NCBI GenBank assembly: GCA_002633005.1
Contig: NMRA01000080.1
Location: 463,291 to 527,290, forward strand
Length of the DNA: 64,000 nucleotides
Origin: Phoronis australis
Taxonomy: Eukaryota > Animalia > Phoronida
Direction of reading: 5' to 3'
The notes beneath the pieces are model-generated. The model was not told where the DNA came from. It saw nothing but the letters and a program-made list of their open reading frames with translations, and searched no databases. Every line of letters starts with the position of its first letter. Within the stretch, counting starts at the first letter, position 1. This document shows positions 12,701 through 27,700 of the stretch, piece after piece. The position numbers were made by a program, and so were the translations under genes.

Positions 12701-15700
12701 CCTTGTGTAATAATAGGTTTATTCTCCATTAGTTGAAAACATGAAGTTGTAGGAATTGCAAAAAAATAACGTTGTAATGGGACAGTCTCTGCTAATGCGA
12801 GTCGCAGAGGATCACAAAAGGGCTGCTTCTCGTGAAATTATTGATTTTGGTTGAGCTCGTGTTTTGAGATGGGATCCAATTTTAACAAGTCATAGAGACT
12901 TTATGGGAAGTATTTTGATTCTTACTAAGGTACTAAATACTTGAAGTAGTATACAACTGGAAGTTACGAAAAAAGAACTGCTCTGTTGAAAAGAAACAAC
13001 ATTATTTCCCGATTTTATTGACACTGTTACTTCAACGTCTATGTTTAGAAAAGAAAATATCAAATGCCTGACATTCTACACATCTTTATAATGAGGCGGA
13101 CCTCGGCAGTCGCCAAAGATTTCACGGCTGGTAAATGAGAAAAAATTGCTATCACTTTATAAAGTCACGTCCGCCGTAACATTTCAATGAAGGATTCTCG
13201 ATCAAATTGTTACAAAAAAGAAAGATTCCGTGTTTTTGATGAAACACGGTGTATATGGCTGACTTGACGTTTGCTTGTGTTATGTAACGTTGTCTTTGGT
13301 AACATTTCCCTTCGTGTTCATTCATTCATAATTTCGCTCACTGATTTGCAGTGCGTGTTCTCTGTAGTTATTAGAGAGGTTTCGCAAAGCGACGTGAACG
13401 TGAATTATCACGCATACTGAATTGCGCGTGCCGATTCACGTTACATTAACGAAGATGGGTGTCGCAACTGCTAGATGTTTACGTGAGCCTGAAAGTAAAC
13501 GTGAACTGAATAAGTGAGTCCGGGGTGTCCAGTTATTGTAGGCCTAGTACATGTCAGCTAGTTTACAAAAAAATAAAAGTCACTCTGCCAATGCAACTTC
13601 TTTTAGGTGAAAAAAGTCGTTTCTACGAACTCCTGCGAGAAATGGTCAAGTCTTAGAATGCGAAATTTATTAGCAGTTTAAAATAAATAGATGCATGTAA
13701 ATTAAGCATGTAAACAATTTAACAACACAGAATTATACCTGTTAAAAATCCATTCTAGTTCGATAATATCCAGCGAACCCCTGCAGAATAAGGATTTTGG
13801 AAAAGGTGCTTTCTTGCAAATAAACTTTAAGAACATTTATAGACAAAAGAATCGTGTTCATTTTATACTGAAGCAAAGAAGAAAGATTGAGAACCCTATC
13901 AAAATAAAAGTCGTTTCGATGTCTTGCCAAGTAAGAATTAAAAAGGGGCACAGGTTTCGCGTTAAAAGCGTCGCGAATCTCACTGTATTCGCGTAAAGTA
14001 CGTAGAAAATGAATCGGAAATTGAAAGAGCCGATCAAGATCCTCTAAAGGATACAATTGTTTGTTGAAAAGTAGAATAAATATACGTAAATAAAACAACA
14101 AAAATGGATCACTAAAATTTTCAGATGTAATAACATCCTTCGCCAACAGAAACAGAAATAAAGTAAAATCAAACAATATATGACAATTGGCATGTGATAT
14201 ATGGCGCATAACAGATGTCAGTTGTCATATAGTGTTATATCCGAAAATTTCAGTGGTCCATTTTTGTTGTTTTATTTTCGTAAAATACGAATATATATAG
14301 GTAAATAAAACAACAAGAATGGATCAACTGAAATTTTCGGATACAATGACATCCTTCGTCAACAGAAACAGAAGTAAAGTAAAATCAGACACTATATGAC
14401 AATTGGCATTTAAGATGTGGCGTAATGAATATGATACATTATGCAAACACAATCGGGATTACGTCACAGCCAACAATGGCTTGTATGACGCGGAATTAAG
14501 TATGCATGCGTGATAATTCAGGTTCACGTCGCTTTGCGAAACCTCTCTGTTATGAAGGAGTGAGCAGTTTCAGTCTTGAATGTGATAAATAATCTATAAT
14601 TCCAAAACAGTTACCAATCAAGTGTGGTGCCGTCAAGATCATGAGCTGCTGTCCTCATTGCTATCGCTTATTCTGTCTACGCAAGCAGTCCTCAGTTGGA
14701 GGGTAGGCATGCTGTAGACACGTTCATTGCGAGTCACAATATGTAGAAACGTGAATACTGGAAACACTCTTCGACTTTTATTTTCATTTAATGTGGAATC
14801 ATATCGCTTTGGAATCTGCAAGCTGCCAACATTTTAACTTACATTTCAAAAAATAGAAAATCAAGTTTTCAAATTTCTGAGCAATGCTCTTCAATCAGTC
14901 AATTTCACGCTGTTGCAGAAGATGTATGTCTATATGGAACGCAGTTCATAATAGGCTATAGCGAATCCATGTACCTATGGGAACTTAAATTAAGTATTAA
15001 AAATAAATACAGAATATTTATGCGGTATTTACAACTTTGACCACGTCTCATTACCGCAGGCGAAGGGTTTACGATCATACTCGTTTTCTTTTTTCAAATT
15101 GGAGTTTCGCTGTAACCGTCTTCCAACAAAAAGACGCCTGAGAACACCAAGTGCTATACACTTTGTCAGACAAAACTCTCCACTTGTCGTAACATTGTCG
15201 TTCACGTGTTTTACATGTTTATTCTTCAGGCATTGACGTCTGCACATCGCCCGATTGCGTCTCTTCAGGTAGGAGCGGAAGTGTTAACTGTACCACCATA
15301 TTATACTTACTTTAAAAGAGATCGAGATGGTAGCTCGACATTCATGATTAAAACATGGCATGGCTTAAGATATAGAAAAATGACGAATTTATAAATTGTA
15401 AATTTTTAAATAGAGAATATATTGGTTTACGAACAATGTCTTCAACTCAAGTTTCAATTGTGAGTCCTTTTCTGTGTAAAACGAGGCTTCCCATGCTATA
15501 ATTCCATAAGCTACTTCAATATTGGCAAATTTTTGCTCCCTAACATATGTTTGTTTACCCTCACTCTTTTGACTCATTGAGATGGGTTGGTAAGGCATTA
15601 GGGACTTCAGAGAAACGTGCGGAAAGGCTCTGACGCAAACAGATATATTACCGGTCTCGCCTTACTTATGAGCTCCGGAAAGTCCTTTCAGAACCCTTAG

Positions 15701-18700
15701 TGACCATGCGCTCGCCCAGGAACCCTAACAATCAAACTTGCATTTCAGCCGCCTTAATGATAGAATCCATTGACGCCACCGTGGATCCTTGCGACGATTT
15801 TTTTGAGTACGCGTGTGGTGCGTGGAACAGGAAGCACCTCATTCCAGATGACAAATCAACTTATAACACATTTTCTAAACTTCGCGACGAACNCTTCAGG
15901 CATTGACGTCTGCACATCGCCCGATTGCGTCTCTTCAGGTAGGAGCGGAAGTGTTAACTGTACCACCATATTATACTTACTTTAAAAGAGATCGAGATGG
16001 TAGCTCGACATTCATGATTAAAACAAGGCATGGCTTAAGATATAGAAAAATGACGAATTTATAAATTGCAAATTTTTAAATAGAGAATATATTGGTTTAC
16101 GAACAATGTCTTCAACTCGAGTTTCAATTGCGAGACAGTCCTTTTCTGTGTAAAATGAGGCTTCCCATGCTATAATTCCATAAGCTACTTCAATATTGGC
16201 AAATTTTTACTCAACTTTAAAACACCACGAACCGCTGTTCAGGCCGCTCCCTAACATATGTTTGTTTACCCTCACTCTTTTGACTCAGTGAGATGGGTTG
16301 GTAAGGCATTAGGGACTTCAGAGAAACGTGCGGAAAGGCTCTGACGCAAACAGATATTACCGGTCTCGCCGTACTTATGAGCTCCGGAAAGTCCTTTCAG
16401 AATCCTTAGTGACCATGCGCTCGCCCAGGAGGGGGGAGGGCTTAGGGGGCTCCAATGAACCCCCCCATTTGGCGAAGTGGGCAAAAAGGTCCGCCTCAGA
16501 GAAATAAAAAGTCCGGGAAAATGAGACAAAAGTTCACAGAAGTCGGCGCGAACGCACAAGTCATAGGTCTGAACGTAGTACCCCCTTTTTAGTCTCCGTT
16601 TTTTCAGTGAAAGGTCCACATACTGAAAATTCGAGCCCTCCTATATTTTAGGCTGTGTGCGCGCAGGCTTTCTCTAAGTGTCATAAGACCTACATTAATT
16701 CTTTGCGTTTTTTTCTCTTTATCAACACGCATAACTCAAAGTCTCTTGCTTTAAGTTTACTTCGTTCCTGTGTTGGAGCAATTTCAATTTGGTTGCATTA
16801 ATGCTTTTTTATATGAGCAACTCCGGAATTCGCTTTCGCATTATTTCCAGGTTCTCAGTCATTCCCTTGTATACAGTCACTACGAAAAGACTGAGCTCAG
16901 AGGAGCAAGCGACACCTATATGCAATGCTCGATCGGCTGCCTGTGTTAGTCGTGATTTGAACCGTGGTCTCCCAAGCGGGAGTCCGGTCGTGTATTCCGC
17001 AGACGCGAGAACCTCGAGAAGACGCAAGATCACGAAAACTTCATGAGATATCACCATGTTTTACAAACGAAGCACACTAGGTTTATTAGCGAGATTCTTG
17101 CGTCTACGGAACTCTGAGCCCTCTGATTTCAAGCGCTTTACTGTCCTCTCTGACGTTTTATTTTTAAAAGTGAAAAATGGTTTAATTTGCAGGAAACATG
17201 AAACTTCTAGCTTTGTCCTTCGTTTATGACCACCAGGTTTGTACTTCACCCTAACAATCAAACTTGCATTTCAGCCGCCTTAATGATAGAATCCATTGAC
17301 GCCACCGTGGATCCTTGCGACGATTTTTTTGAGTACGCGTGTGGTGCGTGGAACAGGAAGCACCTCATTCCAGATGACAAATCAACTTATAACACATTTT
17401 CTAAACTTCGCGACGAACTAACAGCAAGATTAAAAAGTAAGCGATGCCCGTGTTTTATATTCTGCTCAGATTATTTTCGTTGAGTCAATGGATTGGCGCC
17501 TTTGTCTTGCAAATGTACAATAAACTTGTCATTCGTTTCAAGTTTAGATAAGATCGATGAGCACCTGTGCATGCCGTAATGTCTTTCTATGCCCAGAGGC
17601 AACTTAGGTCTGGTCTTGAGCAACGGCATGACTAAACGGGAAGAACTCAAATTTAGTGCCTCCTCCAGAATCTCACATATTTCACCGTGCCTCGATATTG
17701 CCGTTAGTAGCTATACTCCACAATTGTACCAACGAGGACAACTTTCTTTGGAAGAATTGTACCTAATGAAAACGTCCACCAAAATAGAATAAAGCCGTCC
17801 CGAATCAATGTGCTACCGCCACTCTGATATTCAACGATATTTACCCATAATTCCCCGCGTTTTTCGGCCTACAGTTCCAAGGTTTCGTCGACGTTCTTTT
17901 GTCAGTGAACGTTTCGCATTGTGAGTTACTATACTGACACTAAAAAATTGCCCAGGTGCGCAATCGCTTTTCGTCTCACGTCCTGAGTGCCTGACACTTT
18001 GAATATCGAGTCAGTTATACAATACGTTTTCTACCTCCGTGAGAGAGGAGAGTTCAGTTCGGGTGGTCTTATTTGGGTATATCGGCTTTACAGGTTCGAT
18101 AACTTATGAAAAGTGTGAAATTAACATACTTTTCAGATATTTGTATGCTACGACTATTACAATAAGCTCAATGCATATATCGCTCATTTCCGAGACTTGT
18201 TTAAGCGAAATAACCTCTGTGTTTCGAATATAGTTCTGTTGGCTTCCACACACATAGGCTACAGCGTATATATGTATAAGGACATGATAACATTGGAAGT
18301 GATCGTTTCAGATTAATTTATTTTTTGCAGGTTTACTTGAGGCGCCATTAAATGACAAAGACTCGGCAACCACTACAAAGGCTAAGACTTTGTACCAGTC
18401 GTGCGTGAATGAGTGTAAGCGCTTGTTTAAACATATTTTACCATTAGTTAAGATTTAGTTCGACCCACATACACACTAGACACCAATTTTGGCAATGGTC
18501 TGATATAGCGTGCCCGAATTTTGAGAACCATTTTTTCCTCTTAAAGGAGAATGCCACCCGATTTAGTTAGTCGTTTTTACCGTCTTAATCGGTCTATGTC
18601 CACATCCCCTCTTACACGGTCGATCTCACCTTGCCGAGAGGTGTTGCGTTAACCAGTGAGGTAGGTGAGAAACGACGCAGCGACATCAGTCGTACGTCTG

Positions 18701-21700
18701 CAGAGTGAATGCCGCTATATTGCGGTGCATCGTTCCCGCTTGTCCGAACTATGAAGCTGCGAAGAAAGCGGGTATATCGTTTTTTCGACTTCTTCGAGAC
18801 CCCGAAATGCTTAGGAAGTGGCTCGCGGTAGTGAAGAATGAAAGGTACGCTGTTAATAGTAAGTATGAGGCCGTGAAACATCTCAGTGTCAGTGGCCGGC
18901 ATTTCGTCGACAGTCGGCGGCCTCGACGGGCATGATCGGGTTCGAACCACTGGACGGGATAACGAGTCAGTCCGGCCGCGACAGGCCTGATCGGGTTCCG
19001 AGCCACTGGCCGAGATAACAAGCGTTATGTGTGTTTAGACATCAAAAAATCACAAGTCTAAACAACATAGATCTAGGTTCTCCTGTCTGTATTTTATGGA
19101 AGAATACTTCGAATTTATCTCCGAAAAGACCCCAAACTCCTGCTACGGACCTTGGTAAATTGGCCTGCCGAACTTAGTAGGCTACGGTGTGTCCAAATAC
19201 CAATAAATCCGAACAGCGAAATAAAACAACACGTTTTTATAAGAACTCGGTGTATTTTTAAGGGTTTTACATCGAAGTTTGATGATTTATTGGTGTTAAA
19301 CGATGAATTCAAGCGATAAGCTGACACCAGTAACCCGTGTTGTGAACTGCTGAACAGACTGCGTGTGTAACCAATGACATCATTGGATAATTTCAACACC
19401 TCCGTCTGCCGTCAGGTGTCAGGTAACGCAACCGAACGTGCCGTTATCGAGTAGAACTGCTGGATCTATAGATACAAAATAGGTTGTTTTTTGGGTGCCA
19501 TTCTCCTTGAATAACGGGCATCAAACTGGTTCTCAAAATACGGGCACGTTATATCAGAGTATTGGCCCAATTATCACCAGTAGGCCTACCAACACAAACA
19601 GAAGTCGTTCATTTTCGTAGATTAAGACAATAAAGTGATTGATTTTCTGCAGCATGAGAGTGTGTTTCAGAAAAATCACTGTCTTTGTACAGCGTTACAG
19701 TTGTAACATTGCAAAAGTGACGAGCGTCCTGGTAACGTGTACGTCCGTGGTTTACTGCCTGTAACATACTATAGGGATAGAGAGCAGCTAATGCCTAGGT
19801 AATGTAAAGGTTCCTGTACCAACATTTTCGTGCGAATTGGGTCATACCAGCCGTCAGTTGGACGAAGATCTGGAGATTATCGACAGTCCATTTCTTCCAT
19901 GCCCTTGATTCAAATATTGATGCCACCTCCATTAACCACTGCTTACCTTATGATCAAAACAGGGCAAGTTATTAGCAACAAGATCAAATTTCTTTTGATA
20001 TAAACAATGATGGACATAAAATCTCAAAAAAACGCTTGTCACTGCTTTCTACATAGTCTTTCCTTATGAGATAAAATTTGATATTTTCGTAAAAAAAATG
20101 ATTTTTATGTAATTTTTACGAAAAGTCTATATTTGTTATAGCGCTTCATGCAAAGTGAAAATCTTAAAAAAATAACTCTTAAAAGAGATTGAGAGGGAAA
20201 TGCACGTTTCATAGCATCTGACAGTCTTATTGTTTGCCAAGTATCAATTCCTTACGTCACTCGTAAAGGTGAAGGCAATCTTTTTCGTGTCATTTTTAAG
20301 AAAAATACGGTTCGTTGATTATCCCAGAGGCATATGCTTCAGATAATCACGGCTCTTCGTAATTTTATTAATTAGTTAAATTATTTTACTCCTGATTTTT
20401 AAGATAACATTATTTTGGTACACGTTGGTTACATAGATGAGAATGTTTTTTAAGACGACAATAAATTCTTTTTTTAGCCGTTATTGAAGAGCGAAAAGAC
20501 CAACCCATCCAAGATTTTCTGAAAACGTTTGGTGGCTGGCCGATAATTGATCCCAAGTGGGATGAAAGCAGCTTTGATTTGATGAAACTTATCTCTGACC
20601 TCAGGAAATACAACAACAAAATAATCATTAACAACTGGATCAGTCCCGATGACAGAAATTCTACCGTCAACATCATTCAAGTAAGCCAACTTTGCCAGTT
20701 TATTTGTTAAAGCTGCATTTCCCCGCTGTGTAGCCGTCAGCGTTGATTTCATAATAGAACATTACAAGGCTGGTCTGATTTTGAATTATTGCCGATTGAC
20801 CTGGCAACTCAAGTCACAGGACATGCGTGTCTGCACCCTATTCATATCCGTAATTTAGGTGCTGGCCTACTCCAATGAATTCTGAAGCATTTTCTTGAAT
20901 CGCTGAAATAGACTCTTATCATTGGGAGGAATATTTTGATACCAATTTATGAAAGGGAAAAGTCTAATACGATTTTCGTTTTTAACCAGCTGAACAGGGC
21001 GAAATGCAGCATTAAATAATATTATAAAAGGGACGTTCCCGTCCTACTTATGTCCTAAACAACTATAGCACAAGCAGATCAACCTTTTTAATGCTGGTTG
21101 CATATTGTCTTCAGCAATTGACTCCTTCCATCAAAAATTAACTGTGAGTTATCCAGCGATAAACAAGGAGGGTTTGTCAATTTTGCCAACATTGATTTCG
21201 TTCAGGCACCTCTTTTTACTTGAAAATCTTCTGAAACATTTTTTGGCGATGGAAGTCAGTTTTGCTGATACAGAAAGGTTCTAGGCGCAACTTGTATCAG
21301 TTAGTAGAACAAAATTGAATTGAAATCTGAGTTTTTTTAGCGAATAAAAGGCTATAGAATGCAAGCGCGCACCCAGGGGGAGGGGGGGGGGCAATTTGAC
21401 GAAGTAGACAAAAAGATCCGCCTCAGAGAAACGGAAACTCCTAAATAAAGTAGAAAACGAGACAAAAGCCTACTAAAAAATAAGAACTACCAAAAGTTGA
21501 CGAATGCACAATTCAAAGCTCTGAATGCACCCAGTGAATCTTACTACAAGGTCGACAATCTCAAAAATTCGAGCCTGCCTAATTCCTAAGGCTGCGGGGT
21601 GCGCGCATCGTGGTATGTCTTTTTGAAATTTTCCGAACCAATAGTATCGCCCGCACCAACCTCGCCCTCACCCTAATTACAGATTTTGTAACCTAGTTAT

Positions 21701-24700
21701 TATCCTTCCCGTCGTAATCTTGATTGTGATTCAACACTGATGGTATAAATGATACTAGGGCCGTCCCGGATGTGCGTGTACATTCCAAAACGAGGCCAAA
21801 GAAAACAACGCGTTTTCTTACCTCCGAGATAAAAGAGAGTTCTTATCGCTGTGTAATGCGGGACAGCCCTATAAGGCAATACTCGGCCGCACATGTACTT
21901 TTACCTTTTTCAAAATACTGACACCTTTTCAGTTTGACCAGCCTGACCTGGGGATGCCGAGCCGCGATTACTACCTCAAGGGCAGAGTTAGCGAGAGCCT
22001 CATGGCGTACCAAAGATATGCAGAGAAGGTTGCAATAGCTCTCGGTGCAGACCCATCGAATGCGTCGAAAGACGCAAGAGATATCGTCGATTTAGAAATT
22101 CGTCTTGCAAATGTATGTTTGACTGAAAGTTACAAGCTAAATTCAGTGCAGGCATAAGACTTCATAACATGCAAATGTTTCTTTGCTTTTCGGTGCACAG
22201 TTGAATTGCCCTTCAGTTTTGCACATTATATGAATGCAGTCAACCTAGTGCTATTGTGAAAAAACACTTTTAATGCGAGACAGAAGGTTGAAGTCAGATG
22301 ACTTGGCTGAGTAATGAGCAAATGAACTGAGCAAAATACGTCGTTTTATCACGATTCATTTCTTCTTTGATTTTACGACTAGCAAAGAATCTTTCACGCG
22401 ATTATGAAATTAAATTAGTGGCAACTCAAGTAAATGCAATTAAGAAGCTGTTTACGTGCACCAAATACTGAATTCTCTGTGAAATTGTTTCTTTCATTAG
22501 GTAACCGTTCCTGCTGAAGATCGACGCGACAACGAGGCTCTTTACAACCGAATGACAGTAGCACAGTTGTACACCAACGTTACTGACAAAGTGAGTCTTA
22601 TTTTGCAATACAAAGTACAATATCGGACACGTGTAAGTCATTGTCGAGAGAAAAATGTCCTGCTGTTGGTCACAACAAACAGTTTCCACGGTGTTAGGCC
22701 TGTGCTAGGGGCGAGGGTGTTGTAGGAAACTCTAATGATTTAATGTTAAAATCACACGGATTCAACTCTCTGGAATTATAATGCCTCCTTCGTCCTCATC
22801 CGTTGAATGACTAGACCGCTTTCTTTCGGTCGTTAACTCGGTAATTTATCTATCGATAGGCCAACAGACGAGATCAAACGTGCGCTCCGTGGACGCGAAA
22901 ATACAAGATGACGTAAGACGCGAGATATCGTTATGTTTTTGCTAGCGAAACATGTGAGCACATTAGCTTCCTACGCGAGATTCTTACGTCTACGGATCGT
23001 CGCCCAGCGTTGCGTTCCCTAAACCAACTTTCTTGCGAGTCTGGGAGGTACCGCCATGCATTACTGGCGAGAGTCTACGGGACGCACCTGATGGTGTTCA
23101 GTAGCCAAACCGCAGAACTACCGAACACAACAGGAAGCTTGTATAATCGCAACTTATGTTTTACATTCCATTGCTTGGTGCAGCTAATAGGTTTTAACAC
23201 CTTTTCTCTACGGTAAGCACAGGGTCTTCAGCACAACACGGGATTTTTACATGAATTTCACGGATTTTAAACCAAAATTTACCAATGTTTACAGTTCGAC
23301 TGGAGGCGTTACTTGTCACTTGCTTTTGGACCTTTAAACATGACCATTGATGACACGGAAGATGTGATCGTATACTCGCCGGTTTACTTGAGGAAAGCAG
23401 CTGATATAGTGGAAGACACGCCCAATAGGTAACTTATGGCATTAGCACAGAACGAGGATTAATGAGCTATGTGGTGCTGTCGCACTGGAATTAAGATATT
23501 TGGTGCTGTACCACTCAGGGGCGGATCCAGGATTTTGAGTTAGGGGGGGCAGGGCAGAGTATTAACCAAGATTTTGCTCGTCAGACATTCACACCCCCTA
23601 ACTTCCAAATGGAATCTGAAAGAATTTTAAGGGGGCATGGCACCCTTGCCCCCCCCCCTCTTAAATCTGCCACTGCCACTCTCAGCAACCAGAATACACT
23701 GAGACAAGTGTTCGTTTACCACTACGTAGTTTTGATTGATGTTTTCGATTTAGCGTACGTAAACCTTAAATCCGAATTTGCATTAATCTATTTCAAAATG
23801 TCCGTCACGCAAAGAGCATAACAACTGCTTCAACTGCTAAACAGTGTGGTAACCACGTAGATTTATTGATGCGTCTATGACGTGCCATTGTTTCAAACGG
23901 CAAACCTATACAATAATATCCCTGTCACCCCAGCACCCTGTAAGAAGCCCCTAATGTTTTTCTTAAAACGTCAATTAATATGATTATATAGACCTTAAAC
24001 TGCGAATTATTCGATGATATGACGTATACTTTTTAACAGGACCCTTGCTAATTACCTGATATGGAGGATAGTTATCAACCGAATGAATAACTTGAATCGA
24101 GGACTGCGCGACCTCAAAAATGAATACAATAAGGTAAGCTCGATACTAGGGACCCTGTGACACTTTCATTTGTATCAAATCCTTATGGGTTAATTTGGAA
24201 ATTTTCCAATACGCAGTCTTACTGTTCATTCAAAATTTCGAAAAAATGGATTGCTTTGACTTGTGTGGGTCGCACATCTAACGTACGTGCGGTTTGCGTA
24301 TACAGTGCGCAACATAACATTTTCCTTGCTGCAAATAGTTATGGACATAGCACGCATGCCGAGCATTTTCCTAGCGAGCCCGATTACTTGTCCAGTAAAT
24401 ATTAATAAAATAAAGTGAAAGTTCAGAAATAAAACAAAAGGTGTTTCACAGAAAGAATACAAAAGCATTATGATTATCATTAATGATTCTAATTAACCAC
24501 GCGCTTAGTAGATGATTGAAATTTCACAATTATGACAACCTGATTTAACCGTGGTTCAGATTAGTATCTTTCTTTTCCTCTCAATACCTAGGCTGTTTAC
24601 GGCACCGACGTCCAAGGTTCTTGGTGGCGCAAATGCGTCTCCTACACCAGCGATAACGTGGGTATGGGAGTGGGAAAGATGTTTGTTGAAAAGTACTTCG

Positions 24701-27700
24701 ACGAGTCCGCCAAAAGTGACGTAAGGCAACGGCTTTTGTATTTGGGCATACTTCAACCTCTCCATTAATTTTGTTGAAATCTGGTTAAAAACATTGGACC
24801 GTTTAAAATTTTGGCTTTTTAATTAATAAAGTTGTTAGCAAAGGACTGTCTTTAAATTCTTGCCATTTATCATTTCTAAAGCTGCAGACACGTAGATGAA
24901 CAGAGACTTATCTCCAACTAGATCGAAATCGTGGTCCTTTTACACCTTTGTATAAGCGCAAGATGTTCAGTGTCACTGGTTTTGTGCTTTTACGCACAAG
25001 AGTGTCTTGACCGAAACTTAATTGAAACAGTCTGAACTGCTTTCACTTCGTTTTGTGTCGTTATGGCTCCAAAGATACTCTTTAATTAATGCTTTAGTAT
25101 CATAGCAATAACATAAGCAGCAAAAACAAAAGTGATAATTTCATTAAACCTGCTGTAAATTTCGTCAAACACTGATTTTTGGTGGAGGACACTTAATTAC
25201 CGTCACGAAACCTGTACAACACGTTCTTTACTCAAATTGGAGTTTATTCTTGGAATTGGAAAGAATTGTCTATTTACTTGAGACCGGCCTTGTCAAGGTT
25301 CTTTCCAAGACCATGGGCCACTTCTCATATTGGTTAGTATCAACGCAACTGCAATGTTTTCCAGACATTGGAAATGATAGAAAATATACGTCACGCATTT
25401 AACGAGTTACTAGGCAGCGTATCGTGGCTGGACGATGAAACTAGAGCCGTTGCCCGAGAAAAGGTATTGTATGCTAATCAACTTTTTAATCTAGACTTGT
25501 TTTATTTTTTTCCATAGATTCATTTCACTCGTTGGACTTAATAACATTGCCTATCATTTTATTATCTTATGTGCCTCATTTTATTCAAAATAAAGGCACC
25601 ATTCTATAACTTTAAGAGAGAATTATTAGTCTTCTAAACCGTCACTTGTTGGCCACCTTACGTGACCTACAGTTAAGTATGTCTCTGCCCCGATAGGATT
25701 CGAGGCCCAGTCGGGATAGAGGTCTTTTCAGACCTAATTGTAGGTCACACGATGTTACCAACATATAGCATGAAAGAAGACTAATAATTCTTTCTTATAC
25801 CACACCCACGTTCTGATTTATAACGGCACACTTATATTAATTACATTCTTTCCAGGCCGACGCCATAGGCGAGAAAATTGGATACCCGGATTACATTCTC
25901 AACGACACGTTGGTTGACGCCGACTATAGTTATGTAGGTGTCTTCTTCAGTTAAATGCAACCATTTGTTTGACGCGCACTCTAAGATCATGCTAATGCAC
26001 ACAACTGTCAATCGCAATACGAACTGAACGAGTCAATTTATAACAAATAGCCACCCGACCCACAACAAATTGCAACAAAAGGTTTTACTAGGGTTTTGTG
26101 CTCTACTGCGTAAACTTAGTAACAGGAAAAAAGTCTACAAAAATCTGACCACAGGAAATGGGCTAAAACTGCGTCATTTCCAAGATGGCTGACATGACGT
26201 TTTCGAAATCACCAAAATTAGATATAATTTCTTCAATAATTGAGACAGAGACATAATTTTTAGTTCTAGTCTATGGTTTTATGGGGTGAGAAACTCGCTG
26301 GTGTGGATAAAATTAAGATATGGTCAGTATTTGATAGGAAATTCAAGATGGCGGCTAAAATTCAAGAACGAAAAATCACTGATTTGTTCATTATATCTGG
26401 TGGTCAAAGAAACGTTTCTAACTTTAGCCTTTATTTTTTCTAAAAACATTCATTGAAATTGCACGAAAGTATGCACATGTGCATATCAATCTATTGTCAG
26501 TACACCATGAAAATATAAGGATACACTGTGTTTTCGTTCCAAGGCAGAAAAGATACTTTTATAACCCAAAAAAGCCAATGCCAAATTAGCTTACAAGATT
26601 ATACAAAGTGTTATTATCAAGAATGGTGACACTTGGCAATAAATTATAAATCAACATCAACAAGTCAGTATCCTTGCCGATTACTGTGGTGGAATGCATA
26701 TTATATTGTTTACTGCTGTTTTTGCAATGACCACACCAGCGTCCCCTTCTGCCTGAACGGCTGTGCATCCCACTTTCTGCAGCTGGTCACTTTTTAAGGC
26801 GATCAGTTGTTGCCTGTTACTACCAGTGGATAGGAATTCATCTCAATCTCTTAACCATCAAAGTCCGTTTCTCCGGCAAAGTTCACAGTCGGATAGATGC
26901 TGGTCTGTCTCCGTCTCTGTGTTATCCTTTATCGAAGGACCTGCACCATAACCATCAAAGACAACAGTGGCTGCCTCAGAGTGCTTTGCCGTGAAGTCAG
27001 CGTATGCTCCGACAATTTTTCTATAGGTATTTCTCTTTTTCCATTTGAGCTTGTGCGGAAAAGATCCCCCCATTAAGCGCATACCTTTCAGTCTGGAGAC
27101 GTACTGAAGGTGTCCTTGGAACAGCGGTCATGAACGGCTTGATCCAGTTGAGGTCTATCAGCCTTCTTCAAGATCAGGTTGTCCTCATAGAGAGACTCTG
27201 GGTGTGGACTGAGCTCGAAACTCACAACTGCCTCAAGAGACAAGTCGTCTTACCGGAGTACCACCTGGGATGGCTGGAAGAGTAAGGAAGGATCGATGGT
27301 TCTGTCAGGACCAACTTGGACTGCAACTGCATTTCCCAGGGTCTTAGCATTCTCTCTCCTCTTAAAAGAGAAAGAAAACACAGGTTGTCGAACCATTCTC
27401 TTAATGATTTTGTTCCCAACAGATTGACATCCATGCACGTTGACATTTGCGTTGGCGACAACACCATTGATGACATTGCGTAATTCAGGGTCTGAGGAGA
27501 AAGGTGAAAATGCGGTCAGCGTTGTGCTTATCTTTGCAAAGTCGCATGCATCTCTTTCAATTCTGGCAGCAATTGCCTGCGCCATTGCATTGTTATTAGT
27601 ACGACTGTGTTTGGTTTGAGCCCTTCCGATTCCGCCTCGTTGTATTGTCGGCTGCGAATTAAACTCGTTAAACTTACAACTCATTGTCTAGTTTATCTGG

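Noticed and set aside
13742-14209. 155-aa minus-strand ORF
   Set aside because: Hydrophobic translation of AT-rich repeat sequence inside a non-autonomous TIR element.
15749-15938. Second mutually exclusive exon pair (exons 3-4 duplicated)
   Set aside because: The copies are near-identical including introns, joined by one N and truncated mid-exon, which points to an assembly/haplotype artefact, unlike the diverged 77-nt exons.
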